NCBI GenBank assembly: GCA_002104945.1
Contig: MCFH01000066.1
Coordinates: 124,001 to 188,000 of the forward strand
Source: Piromyces finnis finn
Taxonomy: Eukaryota > Fungi > Neocallimastigomycota
Direction: 5' to 3'
DNA: 64,000 bases
Positions 22,542-35,775 of the stretch are shown in pieces; positions within the stretch are counted from its first letter, which is position 1; each line of letters starts with the position of its first letter. Both the position numbers and the translations under genes were made by a program. Under the pieces are notes generated by a model. That model was not told the DNA's origin. It searched no databases and saw only the letters and a list, made by a program, of their open reading frames with translations.

Positions 22542-25500
22542 ATAAAGGACTTCCATTGAAGTCCCATCACCACTCGAATATAAAAATATTAAACTACACT
22601 TTTCCCACTATCAATAAAGATAATACATTACCTTCAACATTCTTTACTTTTAATACATATATATTATCCAATAATGGAGGTACAAATAAAATACATAATA
22701 AAACTATATGTACATCACTATTAGATAGTGGATCTTATTGTAATTTTATGTCGTACAAACTATTACGTACATTACAATTACATTCTCACAAAATGAATAA
22801 TGTTATCACTGTACAAGGTATCAGTGGTACTTCAATTGAACTTGATGAATATATCAACCTAAACTTCCAGTTAAAACTATTTATCAACAATAAATTTCAT
22901 TTCATCAATTTCAAAGAAAAATTTTTACTTGCGGATTATATTCCGACAGATTTATTATTTGGAAATATATTCATGTCCAAATATGAAATTCATTATAATT
23001 ACAATAAAAAATATTTATATTCAAATTTAAAATATGATTTTAACAAAAAGAAATTCAATATGAAGCATGCTACTAAGTTTTTAAATTTAGAAAAATTCAT
23101 TTCTTATAATAGAAATAATAAGAATACTACACCTACCACTTCTACAGGTGCAAATAATAATAAAAAATATTCCGCTACTTTTTATAATTTAAAAAATAAA
23201 ATTCATAATTTTTATTTCAGATCCAAAACCTTTAAGAAGAAGAAAAATGGTCGATTCCACAAATTCAAATCTAAACGTTCCAAATTTTCTAAAAAAGTTA
23301 TATTAAATAAAAATAATTATGATGGATATAATTATAATTATTTAATTCATACTTTTTTGTCCGAAAAACCAGAAGAAGTAAGCAATTTAGAAGAACATAC
23401 TATTGAGGATATTCCAGAACCCTATCGAGATTTGGCAAAAGTTTTCAGCAAACAAGAAGCTGATAAACTACCGCCACATAGAATTATAGATTGCAAAATA
23501 GTACTAGAAAAAGATGCTACTCTTCATTATGGTCCCATCTATCCTTTATTGTAACGAATCATAGAAATTAGTAACCTGTCTTAGTGGTTAGTAACTAAGA
23601 CCTTGGTTTGAACTACTCGAGTTCGAAACCTCATTAATATCTTTTTTTAATTATTAAAATATTTTATAACGAAATTTTACCAAAGAAGATAATTTCTGAT
23701 TGGCTTAAAAAATTAAGTTGTAAAATTTTTATAAATTTACTTTTAAAAATTTTTATATAAATACGAGTGAAATTTCTCAAAAAAATTATTTTTAATTCGA
23801 GTTTTTATTAACAAAAAAATTTTATAATAAAAATAAAATTATTAAACACTAACCTGTTATAATTTTGTTAAGTGTTCAATAATAAAATTTTTATTTGCTT
23901 TTATTATTTTCCTTTTTATATATTTGTGTTTTTATTTATTGAACATTAGTTCTTTACATTTATCAGAAGAAGAATCAAAAGTTTTAGAAGAGTATATCAA
24001 GGAAAATTTAGAAAAAGGCTTTATTAGACCATCCGAATCACCCGCAGGATATCCATTGGTGTTTCAGAAAAAGAAAGATGGTACTCTTAGAGTTTGTATT
24101 GATTATAAAAAACTCAATTCTGTAACGATACGTAATTCCTACCCAATACCGCTTATTACCGACATTATAGAACGTGTCAAAGGTGCAAATTATTTCACCA
24201 AGCTCGACTTACGCTCTGCTTATAATTTAGTTAGAATAAGAAATGGTGACGAATATAAAACTGCTTTTCGCACAAAATTTGGTCACTATGAATATTTAGT
24301 GATGCCATTTGGTTTACGTAATGCTCCTGCTACTTTCCAGGCATTTATAAATTCTGTTCTCAGACCTTTCTTAGAAAAATCTGTTATTCTCTATTTGGAT
24401 GATATTCTTATATTTTCAAAAACCTTAGAAGAACACCACCAACATGTACGTGAAGTTCTTTCAAAACTATTAGAAAATAATCTATACGCTAAGCTTCCTA
24501 AATGTGAATTCAACAAACCACAAGTTGAATTCTTAGGGTATGTTATTTCAGGTTCAGGAATTGCTACCGACCCAAAAAAGATAGAATCAATCAAAAATTG
24601 GCTTACTCCTACCACAGTTAAGGATGTACAAAGATTTTTAGGTCTTTGTAACTACTATAGACGCTTTGTAATGAATTTTGCAGACTTGGCTAAACCCCTC
24701 CACAACTTAACAAAAAAGAATGCAAAGTTCAAGTGGTCTACAGAATGTGAATCCTCATTTAACATTTTAAAAACTCGTTTAACTTCCGCACCTATTTTAT
24801 CACATCCTGATCCTCAAAAACAATATATTTTAGAATGTGATGCAAGTAATGTTGCTATTGGTTCTATACTATCTCAATATGATTCAGAAAATCGTTTACA
24901 TCCTGTTGCTTACTATTCCAGAAGTCTCAGTAGTTCTGAAGTTAACTATTCTATAACAGATAAAGAATTATTAGCCATTAAGGATTCTTTCTCTACTTGG
25001 AGGCACCTTCTTCTTGATGCTAAGTACAAAATAAAAGTTTACACTGATCATAGAAACTTACTTTATACTCTTGGAGGAAAGGTAGGTAATCAAAGACAAC
25101 ATCGCTGGTACCTTTTCTTTCAAGAATACGATTTTGAACTTATATACAGACAAGGTCGTAAGAATGGTAAACCTGATAGTCTATCTCGCAGACCTGATTA
25201 CATGGATAAGACTTATGAAGTAAAGCCAGGATTTATTTTAGACTCAAAAAATGTAAAACTAATACCAAGCTTCATAGGTATCATGAGTAACTTCTTGGAA
25301 CAAGTTATTCAATACTTAAAGGACGATGAAACCGCTAAGGATATTATGTTATATTTCAGCCCATATAATGACCAAAAAGCTTATAAACCATTTAGGAAAA
25401 TGAACAAGTTTGAATTAAAAAATAATCTTATTCTATATAACAACTTAGTTTATATTCCTGAAAAACTACGTTTAGATGTTCTTATGAAATATCATGAACA

Positions 25501-26176
25501 ACCCTCTGCTGGACATCTTGGTATAAAAAGAACTTTAGAATTGATAACTCGAAATTTTTGGTGGCCTAAAATTAAAGATGATGTCACTAAATTTGTTAAT
25601 TCTTGTGAAACATGCGCAAGAAATAAAGTAACTAGACATCGTAAGTATGGAAAATTGCAACCCTTAGATACTCCAGAACGCCCATGGAAATCTATAGAAA
25701 TTGACTTTCTTTGTGGCCTTCCTGAGTCTAAAGGATACACCGTTATTATGGTAGTGGTTGACCGCTTTTCCAAAATGATTCACCTAGTTCCGTTTAAACA
25801 AGTTCCAAATGCAGCACAAACTGCTAAAGCTTTTTTAAACAATGTATATCGTCTACATGGTCTCCCTTATGACCTATATACTGATAGAGGCTCACAATTC
25901 ACAAGTGATGTTTGGCTCGAATTTTTGGATTTATTATATATTCATCCAAGAATAGCTACTACTGACCATCATGAAACTGTTGGACAGGTCGAGAGGTCAA
26001 ATTCTTTTATTGAACAGTATCTTAGATGTTATTCCAAGTCTTTTTATCATGATGATTGGGTTGACTGGCTTCCACTTGCAGAATTCGCTTATAACAATGC
26101 TGTTAATGAATCAACCAAAGAAACACCATTCTTCATTAATTATGGTTTTCATCCTCCGATGGAAATAATAAAATAA
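22529..26176 (+). CDS. pol: Element D Pol (PR, RT, RH, IN), interrupted by solo LTR V and 3'-truncated
   Basis: LLDSGS, YLDDIL, ECDAS, HEQPSAGH..CETC, EIDF..TDRG..QVER; the frame is continuous (YPL-SEEE) once 23550-23963 is removed. Confidence 0.92.
23550..23958 (+). mobile_element. Solo LTR, family V (409 bp), carrying Pol III A/B boxes
   Basis: TGTAAC..CTTTACA; TSD TTTAT at 23545-23549 and 23959-23963; homologue at 58845-60275. Confidence 0.92.
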
Positions 26177-27508
26177 AAAGCATTATAAAAAAAAGTCATT
26201 TTTATAATAAAAATGTTAGTAATTTATTATCGCTAATATGTATATATTTTAAAAACTACTTAATAATTAGTTTATTGCTACTATTGTTATATGATGAAAT
26301 ATCAAACATGAAAATATTCAAAATTTAAAGGGTTAGAACTTTTATTATTTTTTTTTTTTATGAAGTGTTTTATCATGATTTTGATTTTAAGCAAAGACTT
26401 TGCTGTGCTTATGGATAAAAGTATATTTTGATGAAATAACACTTTGTTTAGAGGAATACTAGACTAATAAATAATTCTTTACAAAAAAATACAAAGTAAA
26501 TAACTATCTTGACATTATTGAAAATATGAAATATATTCTTTTACTTTTATTATGGATGGTTATAATAAATATATAGAAATAATAAATAAAAAAAGATTCA
26601 ATATTAATATTTCATTTTATTCTGTTGCTAATTACTAATTAATTGTTTTATTGTTTTATATTATATTTAGTTGTTGTTTGAAATGTGAAATGAATACACG
26701 AATTGTTGCTTGCTTAATATAATTTATTTTTTAATTATAAAGCTTAATATACTTTAGCTTTCTTTTTTTTTTCGAATAATTAACAATTGAATAATATTCG
26801 AAATTATAGATAAACAACATTTCTTTCGCAGTATAAAATACATTTATATATATCTTAACCCATAAACAAGGTTGTAGGCAAAAGGAAAACAATACCAAGA
26901 AACTACTTGATAATTAAATGAAAAATAAAAAGGTAAACATAAATTGTTATTACCTCAGTTTAGCATAATTTTAATTTTAAGGATTCGAGTAAAAAATATG
27001 TCTTTTCTTTAATTACTTTTTTTAATTCAATAAGAAAAAGGTTTTTAATTATTCATTTTTCATGATATAAATTCTATGGTAATTATTATAATTAAGATAT
27101 AAAATAAATACTAATTTATGCAAAATAATATAAACAATGTGAAATGACAATATTCTAAAAATGTATTATATAGATAATGCTTATTTATTATTCTACTTTT
27201 CATAATGTTTGCAAGAATTATAGATAATAACAAATGTTAATAAAATGGTAAAAGAAATATTTCTATTTAAGTTTTTCATTTTAAATATTTAAAACAAAAT
27301 ATCCTTTTTAGATTTGCTCTATAAATTTTAGTAATAAAAGGATTAAAAGTAACTTTTCTTTTTAGATAAATAAAACATTTCTTTAAAATATTTGAATGTT
27401 TTAAACAAAGCAACTTTTATCTTTTTAAAATATTATAGGAATAACAAAATGTCAATAATAATAAAAAACTTATATAAAAAATAAATAAGATTTTATACTT
27501 TATTAAAA

Positions 27509-27850
27509 AATAACACTCGTTTAACCGGCCTGAGACTGTCAAAGTGTACATGGTACATTTCAAATTAGAACTTTATAAGTGGTGATTTAGGCTATGTTAA
27601 ATACACAAGCAACATTAGGGGCTGGCACGTGGTCAAATCGAAATATGAAGCTTAACATTATGATTGGAGATATCGTACAACGAATTGCGTCTAATATACG
27701 TGGATTAAATGAGCGTCGAGACTGAAGATTCAGTATGACAGATGACAGACCCTCCTGGTCTGTCACCTAGTAATAGGAAAGAACCAACATTTCTCTAAGA
27801 ACCACCTTACTCTGATTGATGAGAGAAATGCATTCGGTAGTTAAAAAAAA
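27509..27850 (+). mobile_element. LINE-tail family R, copy 2, with short poly(A)
   Basis: Colinear with the reverse complement of 8792-9171; ends GCATTCGGTAGTTAAAAAAAA. Confidence 0.7.
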
Positions 27851-28180
27851 TTAAAAATAGCATCATATATATTTATTTATTACTGAAAATATCAACTTAT
27901 TCAATTATTTAATATTTTTACTAACAACCATATATTTAGCCAAATATCATACAATTATATTTATAAGTAAAAATAAACAATATTTTTTATTAAAAATTAA
28001 TTTTATTAGAAAATTATAAAATATTTTAATTTAGTCTATATAATGGTTTAGTTAAATATTATTTTTAAAATATCTTTTTATTAAATACAAATTAATTTTA
28101 GCTTTATTTGAACAAAATTACTATTTACTTTTAATAATGAATTTCATATTTTCTATAGCTCACATTTACACTTTTTTTAT

Positions 28181-29408
28181 TTATTTATTGATAGATTTTA
28201 ATAATTCATTTATATCTTCTGCTAAAATTGTATTTCCCTTTTTAGTTATATGTGTACGATCATACCAGAAATATTTATTGCAATTTCTTCTTTTGTTCTT
28301 TCTGTTAAATTTACACATTTTATTTATGAATTTGAAATTAAATTTAATACTATTTCTTAATATATATTTGTATTCTTCATGAGTATTATAAACAATGACA
28401 TTGATATTTGAATATTTATTAAATAAAGTTTTAGATTTTTCACTTAATAATGAGTTGAAGTACAAAACTTCTTCTTTATAATAATTATACTTTCCGCTAT
28501 CATTTACTGGGGCTAAATCTATTGGAAATACATTTAAAATCATAAAATTTCTTCCACCAACTTCATACATATTTTCGATTTTTTTAAACATGATATTGAT
28601 AATATCACTTAAATTCTCATTAATTGTTTTATTATTATTTATATAATTAACATCATTAATATCATTAGCACCTAAATATATTGCAAATAATGTATTGGTT
28701 CCGTTCCATTGATCAAAATATTTCTTTCCATGAGACATACGTTCATAAAATAATTCATATTGTTTTATGAAATCAATAGGATAATGGCTCCTATATGTTC
28801 TTTTTTATTTACCAAAAAAATATATATTTTTTAGCAAGAAGAATAAAAATTTATCTATATATAACATTTGAATATTTTATTACATATTTAAATTGATAAC
28901 AGCACCACTTTCTGAAAAATTCCATAGTTTCATATTTCTAATATTAGAGAGGTGCATTGACCAACGATCATGTCGTGAATATGTCTTTTTTTTATTATTA
29001 AAGCATAATTAAATAAAAATATATTTAAAATTTTTCCAATTAGACATTCATATCTTATTAAATTTATTAATCAATATTATTTCAAATAAATTACCATATC
29101 ATTCCAATCTGTCATAGAGTAAGAATGAGAATCACTTTTTTTGACAAGCATAATATATTTTAAAAGGAAAATATAATAAATAAATGAAATGATTTTGTAT
29201 AACCATACAATAATAAAACTTACCCAAATACTATGAGATTCTTTATATTTTCATAATCAAAAATATTATTATCTGACAAAAATAATTCAGAAAAATCTTT
29301 TCCAGAATGACTTAATGCATAGCTCTTAAATAAAAAATACACTGTTACGAAAAATAAGGGAAAATGTATCCTAATATAAATAAATAATATAGATTTATTA
29401 TTATCCAT
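28181..29408 (-). CDS. SGNH/GDSL-family carbohydrate acetylesterase (CE16-like), 4 exons, 314 aa, apparently intact
   Basis: Exons 29408-29224, 29134-29095, 28984-28884 and 28799-28181 (945 nt, all GT-AG, frame-consistent). Blocks: LIVFGDSHS, WNFSESGAV, YLGAND, YFWYDRTH (DxxH); hydrophobic N-terminus. Confidence 0.88.
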
Positions 29409-31159
29409 AATAAAAGTATATTTATTTTTCGATTAATATCAAAAAATATTTTAATAAATCTTAAATCATGTTAAATTATATTCAAAATGTTTTTTTTCTT
29501 TTAGTTATAAAATACTTTTTTTTTTATAATTTTAAAGAATAGCTTTATTATTTTATTAGTCGTATCATTAACATATCAACATTAACACAATTACTAAAAA
29601 TATTCAATTCCATTTATAAAACTAATTTCAAAAATTTGTTTTAACCCTAATTAAAAACAAATTTATTTTTTTATTTTCAAATTAATAATAATAAACAATT
29701 TAATTAGGACTTTATTTTATTTGAATGAATTAATATTGAAAAATAAATCGTACATTCACAAAGTTTAATAATAAAATCAAATTAGTTGAAATCTTCAATA
29801 ATCAACGTTTTTAAAATTTACTTTTTTTGCTTTCCAAGTTTCATTTTATACACTTTATTTTATTCTCAATGGATATAAAATATAACATTTTACTAAGAGT
29901 ACTAACTTTTTTTAAATTTATACAAAAAAATATTTTTAAAGTTTGAAAAAATATAATTTTTTAATTATCAAAATAAAAATATAATATTATTGTTTTAGGA
30001 ATATAAAATGTAAAAAGAATGAAAAATTCTTTAACTCTTTTTCTTTTTTCTTGTTTATAAATTAAATATGCAGTAATTAAAGGTGGAGATTCTTGTATTG
30101 GTATTATTTCTATTGTAATTAAGTGGTACATAAACTTTTAATAATAATTTATTTTAAATTTTGCGTAATAATAAAATAATTCAGTTGCAATTGGGTTTAG
30201 AAACTTTAAGTAATTTTTTAATGTTATTATAAAAAAAAGAGTTGACATGAATAACAATAATTTATCAAGCTATTTGTTAGTTTATAAATTATTGCTGATA
30301 TCTCGAATTGGAAAAAGCTATTAAAACTAATAAATTTTATTATGCTTTGCTTCATTTTAAATATTTTCATGATTTTATAATACTTAAATAAAAGATTAAC
30401 GTAGAAAAGAATAACACTTTATATAATTCTAAACAAAACAAATATATAATATATATGTATTAGTAATGTAGAGTAAAAGGAATATGTAAAACATATTACA
30501 GTTGAGTTTATGATAAAAAAGCATTAAAAATCATAATTATATTAGTAATGTTTTTTTACACTTGTATTCCTTTAAAAAAGTAATTATTATTTAATAATAA
30601 AAAAAGCAATGACACAACAAAACTATTAAACCCCCTAACCCCTTTAAATTTAAATATTTTAAATTTTTGAATTGAAGTCAGTGAAAGTAAATCATGACAT
30701 GGAAAGGAAAATGTAGAAATAAAAAAATATCATTAGCTGAATATTTTATATGAATTATTTGTTTTTTATTAACCATATTTTTACATTACATGTTTTTAAT
30801 ATAAAGTAAAAAATAATAAATTATCAAAAATATTTGTAGGTTATATTTTTATTTTATAATATAGTATTAGATATTATATTATTACATAGCTTAAAAATAT
30901 AATAGTAATTTGTATAGATACTGTTTTTTTTAAACAGCATTAATATACTCTATAATTACTATACTATTTATTAATTTCAATTATTTTAAACTTTATTATT
31001 AATTTAATTAAAATTATAATACATGTAATATAAAAAATTAAAAATAAAAATAAAAAAACATGTTTAAATAAACACAAATGAATAAAAAAAGGGTATAATG
31101 TATACTAGTAATTTTAATTAAAGTAAGAAAGCCACCATTATACTAAAGTATAATAATTG

Positions 31160-33914
31160 TATTTGACTTCCAATATGGGACACCGAGCCAAAGATCAAAA
31201 TTTTATCATGGGACAAAATTATGATCTCCATTGGTTGCGCTGGCTCTCCTGGCCTATCTTACTGTTTCTTCAGCATTGACGCTCTTGGCTGTTGCTTCAA
31301 ACCTTTTGAACATTGACCATTGCTGGCCAATAGCAAAAGGCATGATTTTGGTTAGAAGTTCCGCGGTTACCGTCAAGAATGGTGTTCCTTCGTTAGTGCC
31401 AGATTGAATCTGACACTTGCAAAGCTCTTTCCATTTCCTTGAATTGTAATTGATATTGTTAAAACTTCTTACCCCAAGAAGGAATTTAAATATTTTACTG
31501 CACATACTAGAATAATCATACATTAATATTCACAGTATTATTAGAGCTATTACTATCATTAACTAAATTACTATCTAAATTAGAATTATTATCTTCACTA
31601 TTGCTATCATTACTAATATTATTGTTTCTACTACTATTATTGTTATCATTACTATTGTTATTATTACTATTAATGTTATTGCTATCTCTACTGATATTAA
31701 CATTTTCATTATTATTGATAGGACTGTTTGAATTACGTTGACTGAAAAAATTTAATAGCTGGATTATGAAATCATAATGTTTAATACGGATATCTCTAAA
31801 TGTTGGACAATCTAATAACCAATGTTTAATATTTTGAACACCACACTTACAACATGGATAGTAGTTAGGACAAACTGGATCAACAAATTTAACAGCTTTG
31901 ACAACTCTAGCATCCAACTTGTATCCGCTTCTTGCTTTCAATAGCCAGTAGAAGCCATAGACAAACTCTGGGTACTCATAACATAATTTGATAAAATCTT
32001 TAGTTTCAATAAATTTATTATCATCATAATATTGCGCTTTGATTGAATTCCCTTTGAGATCTTTCCAATAAAAGTTTTTAACTGCTTTAACACCTCCATG
32101 CTTCTTTAGTTTTTTATCAAGTGTCTTACTTGATTTACATCACGTGTATTTTCTAAATTCAGGAATGTAATTGACAAGGTATGAGATAATACAATTTGAG
32201 TTTTTCCATTTGTTAAAACATCTAACCTGAGCTAATGCACATTTGGCTGACAATGGAGGAATATTCAAATCTTTTGAGATAGAGTATAAAGATATAAACG
32301 ATACAGCTTTATGAACTCCGGCAATCCATCGTATTCCTTTGTTAACATGCTTCTGAGCAATCCTAGACCTAGCTTTGTTGGATCCAAGTAATGGTGCAAA
32401 GTATGATACTCTGCTAATCACTTGTAAGTTAAGTACTAGCTTTTTGAAGGGAATAGGAATATTAGGATTTCTTAAGAATTTACTGACTGAAAATAGTCCT
32501 TTCAAAACTTTGTTATTAAGAGTTTTAATAAATGGTTTAAGGGACAGATTCTTATCAAATGGAACACCAAGATAAGCGTAGCAGTCAGTAGTTGGAATAG
32601 GTTGTCCTGCTAAGTAAAATGTTGGATCTCTCTTGTTTTGATTTTCTACTGATTCAGGACGAATCACCATCGTTGAACATTTCTGGATACCAAATTCCAT
32701 TTTATTATACGATGCCCATTCATTAACTCTTCTAAGCATTTTTTTTAAGCATCCTTTTGTTGGAGCACAAATAACTATACCATCTGCAAAAAATCCACCA
32801 CAGCAGCAAGTGTCACCTAAACTGACTCCAAGATCTTCGCACTCTCTAAATATATCATTAATAAAGAGATTAAAGAGAATAGGAGAAAGAGGGCAACCTT
32901 GACGGACTCCTTTCTTCACATCAAAAGATTTCGAGAATTGTCCATCTAATTTGACATTAGCCTTAGATGTTAAATATAAATTTTTGATGAATTGTTAACT
33001 CTTACCTCGGATTCCTAAACAATCTAATTTATAGAGAATATTACCAATTGAGACTGAATCATATGCTTTCCTGAGATTTAAAAAGGCCAAATATGTCTCT
33101 TTATTATCTAATTGACGTCTACGGCATATTTCTTGGATTGAAATGAAAAGACTAATTCTTTCTTCCTTTTTTCGAAAACCAAATTGTTCGGGTCTAATGA
33201 AATTATTCTTTAGACCATATTCTGAGATTCTAGTGGTGACAATTTTTGAAATCAACTTAAAATCATTATTGATAAGTGATATACTTCGATAGTTATCACA
33301 ATCTGTCAAATATCCTTTCTTAGGAATAGAAACAATACTGGATTCATTCCAAGAGCTGGGGAAATCTCCATCCCAAATACGGTTGAATAATTTAAGAATA
33401 AAATTTAAACCATGAGCATCATTATTTTAAGTGGTATTGCCGGAAGAATTATTATCTGTAGCATTATTAGAATCATTACTTGATGGAATTAATGCTTTGT
33501 AAAATTCAATTGGAATACCATCCGGACCTGATGTTTTATAATTTGGAGTTGAGAGGATAGCTGACTTGACTTCATCAATACTAAAATCTTGGTTGATATC
33601 CCACTCATCAAGCATAGGAAGTGAAAAACGTTTATTCGTTGGTTCTTCATACCAATGTTCCAAATCAAGACTTACACCACTTGGATCTGATGCAAGGTTT
33701 TCGAAATGATCATGACACACATCTAGTTGTTCTTCCGTAGCAACAACTAATTCTCCATTTTTATTTTTAATTGGTTGAGCAATAAAGAAAGAATCTTTTC
33801 CAATTTTTGCAGTTTTCTTGATCCATTTCCAGGCCTTCTTAGGATTATGACTCTTCATATTCTCACATCATGTTTTAATCCAATGAAGATACTATTTTAT
33901 TTAATTATACATAT
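31160..33914 (-). mobile_element. LINE remnant 1: ORF2 RT domain, C-terminal Cys/His finger and 3' end, with frameshifts and stops
   Basis: GPDGIP, YRSISL, QFGFR, LRKAYDSV, GVRQGCPLSPILFNLFI, FADG (YADD-like motif altered), YLGV, CCKC..HWLLDC. Clade not assigned. Confidence 0.92.
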
Positions 33915-34514
33915 TGTAACGTATAAAGGTTTTGTACCTTTTCACCAAAATTGTTGATAAATAATTAAATTTATAAATTATGAATTTATAATAATAATAA
34001 TAATAATAATATTAAAACACAGATAGTTAAAAATTAAAATAATTAACATGTATAAAATTATTAAATTAAAAATTATAAATGTAAACTTATTGTTTATTTA
34101 ATTGTTTATAGTTTTAAATTAAATAGTTTATATTTGTTTATAATTATACTTTAAAATAATAATTTTGTATAAATAGTGATAGAATTATTTTATTTTAAAA
34201 GATGTTCCTAATAATCCAGTAAAATTAGATAATAATATTAAATTTTATTAAAATAATAGTTGTGATTATATTTACATACATTCAAGATGTATTAAACCAT
34301 AACATATATATATTTAATAATACAAGAGTTATTAAATATTAAAACTTTATAATTAAATAAAATAATTTTATATTTTAAACTAACAAAGACTTGCAAATGA
34401 ACAAGTATAAAAATCATTCATTCTATTTTTATTTTCTTATTTATTTTTATTTATTAAATTTTAGATACAAATATTATCACTTTCTATATTCATTTATAGA
34501 ATTAAGATAATATC
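33915..34514 (-). mobile_element. LTR fragment whose end matches the element D LTR end, antisense
   Basis: 33915-33955 is the reverse complement of acaattttggtgaaa(a/g)ggtacaaaacctttatacgttaca (20427-20466); the remainder does not match 12386-12786. Confidence 0.55.
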
Positions 34515-35775
34515 TGTAAAATATTGTATTAATAGAACAATGTATTAATACGTATTTAAAATAATGTATAATGTATTAAATTAATGTACCGTAAATTTTA
34601 TTCTTTAATTACAAAAATTTATATCACAATACATTAACATAAATTTATGTAAAATTTAATTTTAGGATAAGATAAAGTTTTTGATGATAAAATAAAATTT
34701 TAAATTAAATAAATTTTAACCAATAAATATTTTAGATAATAAAAAAAATATTTTTATAAACTAAGCCTCAAAATTAGAAATAAATAAATTGAATATATGT
34801 TTGAAATATAATCAACCATATAGTAAATAAATCAAAACTTTATTTTAAGTTTAGAAAATTCTTTAGTAAATAAATTGAATTTAAATAGTTTAATACAAAT
34901 AATTTCTTTTAATAAATGTATAAATGTAAACAATGTAAAATTATAATATTAAAACATGTATATTAGAATTTATTCAATTTATTTAAAAAGTATAAATAAA
35001 GAAAATTTTTCAACTATTGAAACGATAGTTGGAAAATCGTATAGGTTAATTTTGTTTAGATAAATTAACATTAGTTTATAATTAGTTTATAGTTTAGATT
35101 AATAATTTTAGTTTTAAATAAATATAAATTGATTACATAGTGAGGGCTCTGGTAAAATATCCTTCACGGTAAAGTAATCAACGGTTATTTAGTTAGTATA
35201 GTTTTAAAAATAAATAAATAAATAAATAAAAATTATTATTAAAAATAATTAGTTTAATTGTTTAGTGTTGTATACAAACCTGAACTTTAGAATATTTTAC
35301 AATTTTCCAACTTGTTAGAATAGGAAGTTCACCTTTGTATACGAATAATAATAGAAAATAATATTATAAAAAAAAATTAATTATAGTGAGAATTTAATAA
35401 TAGAATTAAATTCGGGGATTATATAAAAAATATTAATATTAAAAAAGAAAAAAAAAAATTTTTTTTTGTTAGAAATTAATTTTAGTTAATTTCGGGGTAT
35501 TTTAAAATTATTTGGTATAGAATAATTTGTTGTTAAAATAGTTTAATAGTTAATAATCAATAAATAGTAATAATAAAGATATATTAGTTTGGTTAATAAC
35601 TAGTTGTTAGTTTAGTAGTAGTAAATAATAAAAAGGTTAGTATAGTATAATAATAAGGTTGTTAAATTATTTATTTAATATAAGAATAAAATAATTAGGA
35701 ATAGTCAAGTTGAATAGTATAAATAATTGGGATATTAAATATTGGTTGACTATTTGTTTTTTATTAAGTAGTAAT

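Larger units (their letters stand above)
12386..26176 (+). mobile_element. Element D (Ty3/Gypsy, 3'-truncated): LTR probably 12386-12786 plus 20427-20466, split by element C; solo LTR V in pol
   Basis: TGTAAC at 12386 and GTTACA at 20461-20466 form a 6-bp terminal inverted repeat; ~1 kb leader, gag and pol follow; integrase stops at YGFHPPM. The LTR reconstruction depends on the 4-bp TSD of element C. Confidence 0.7.
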
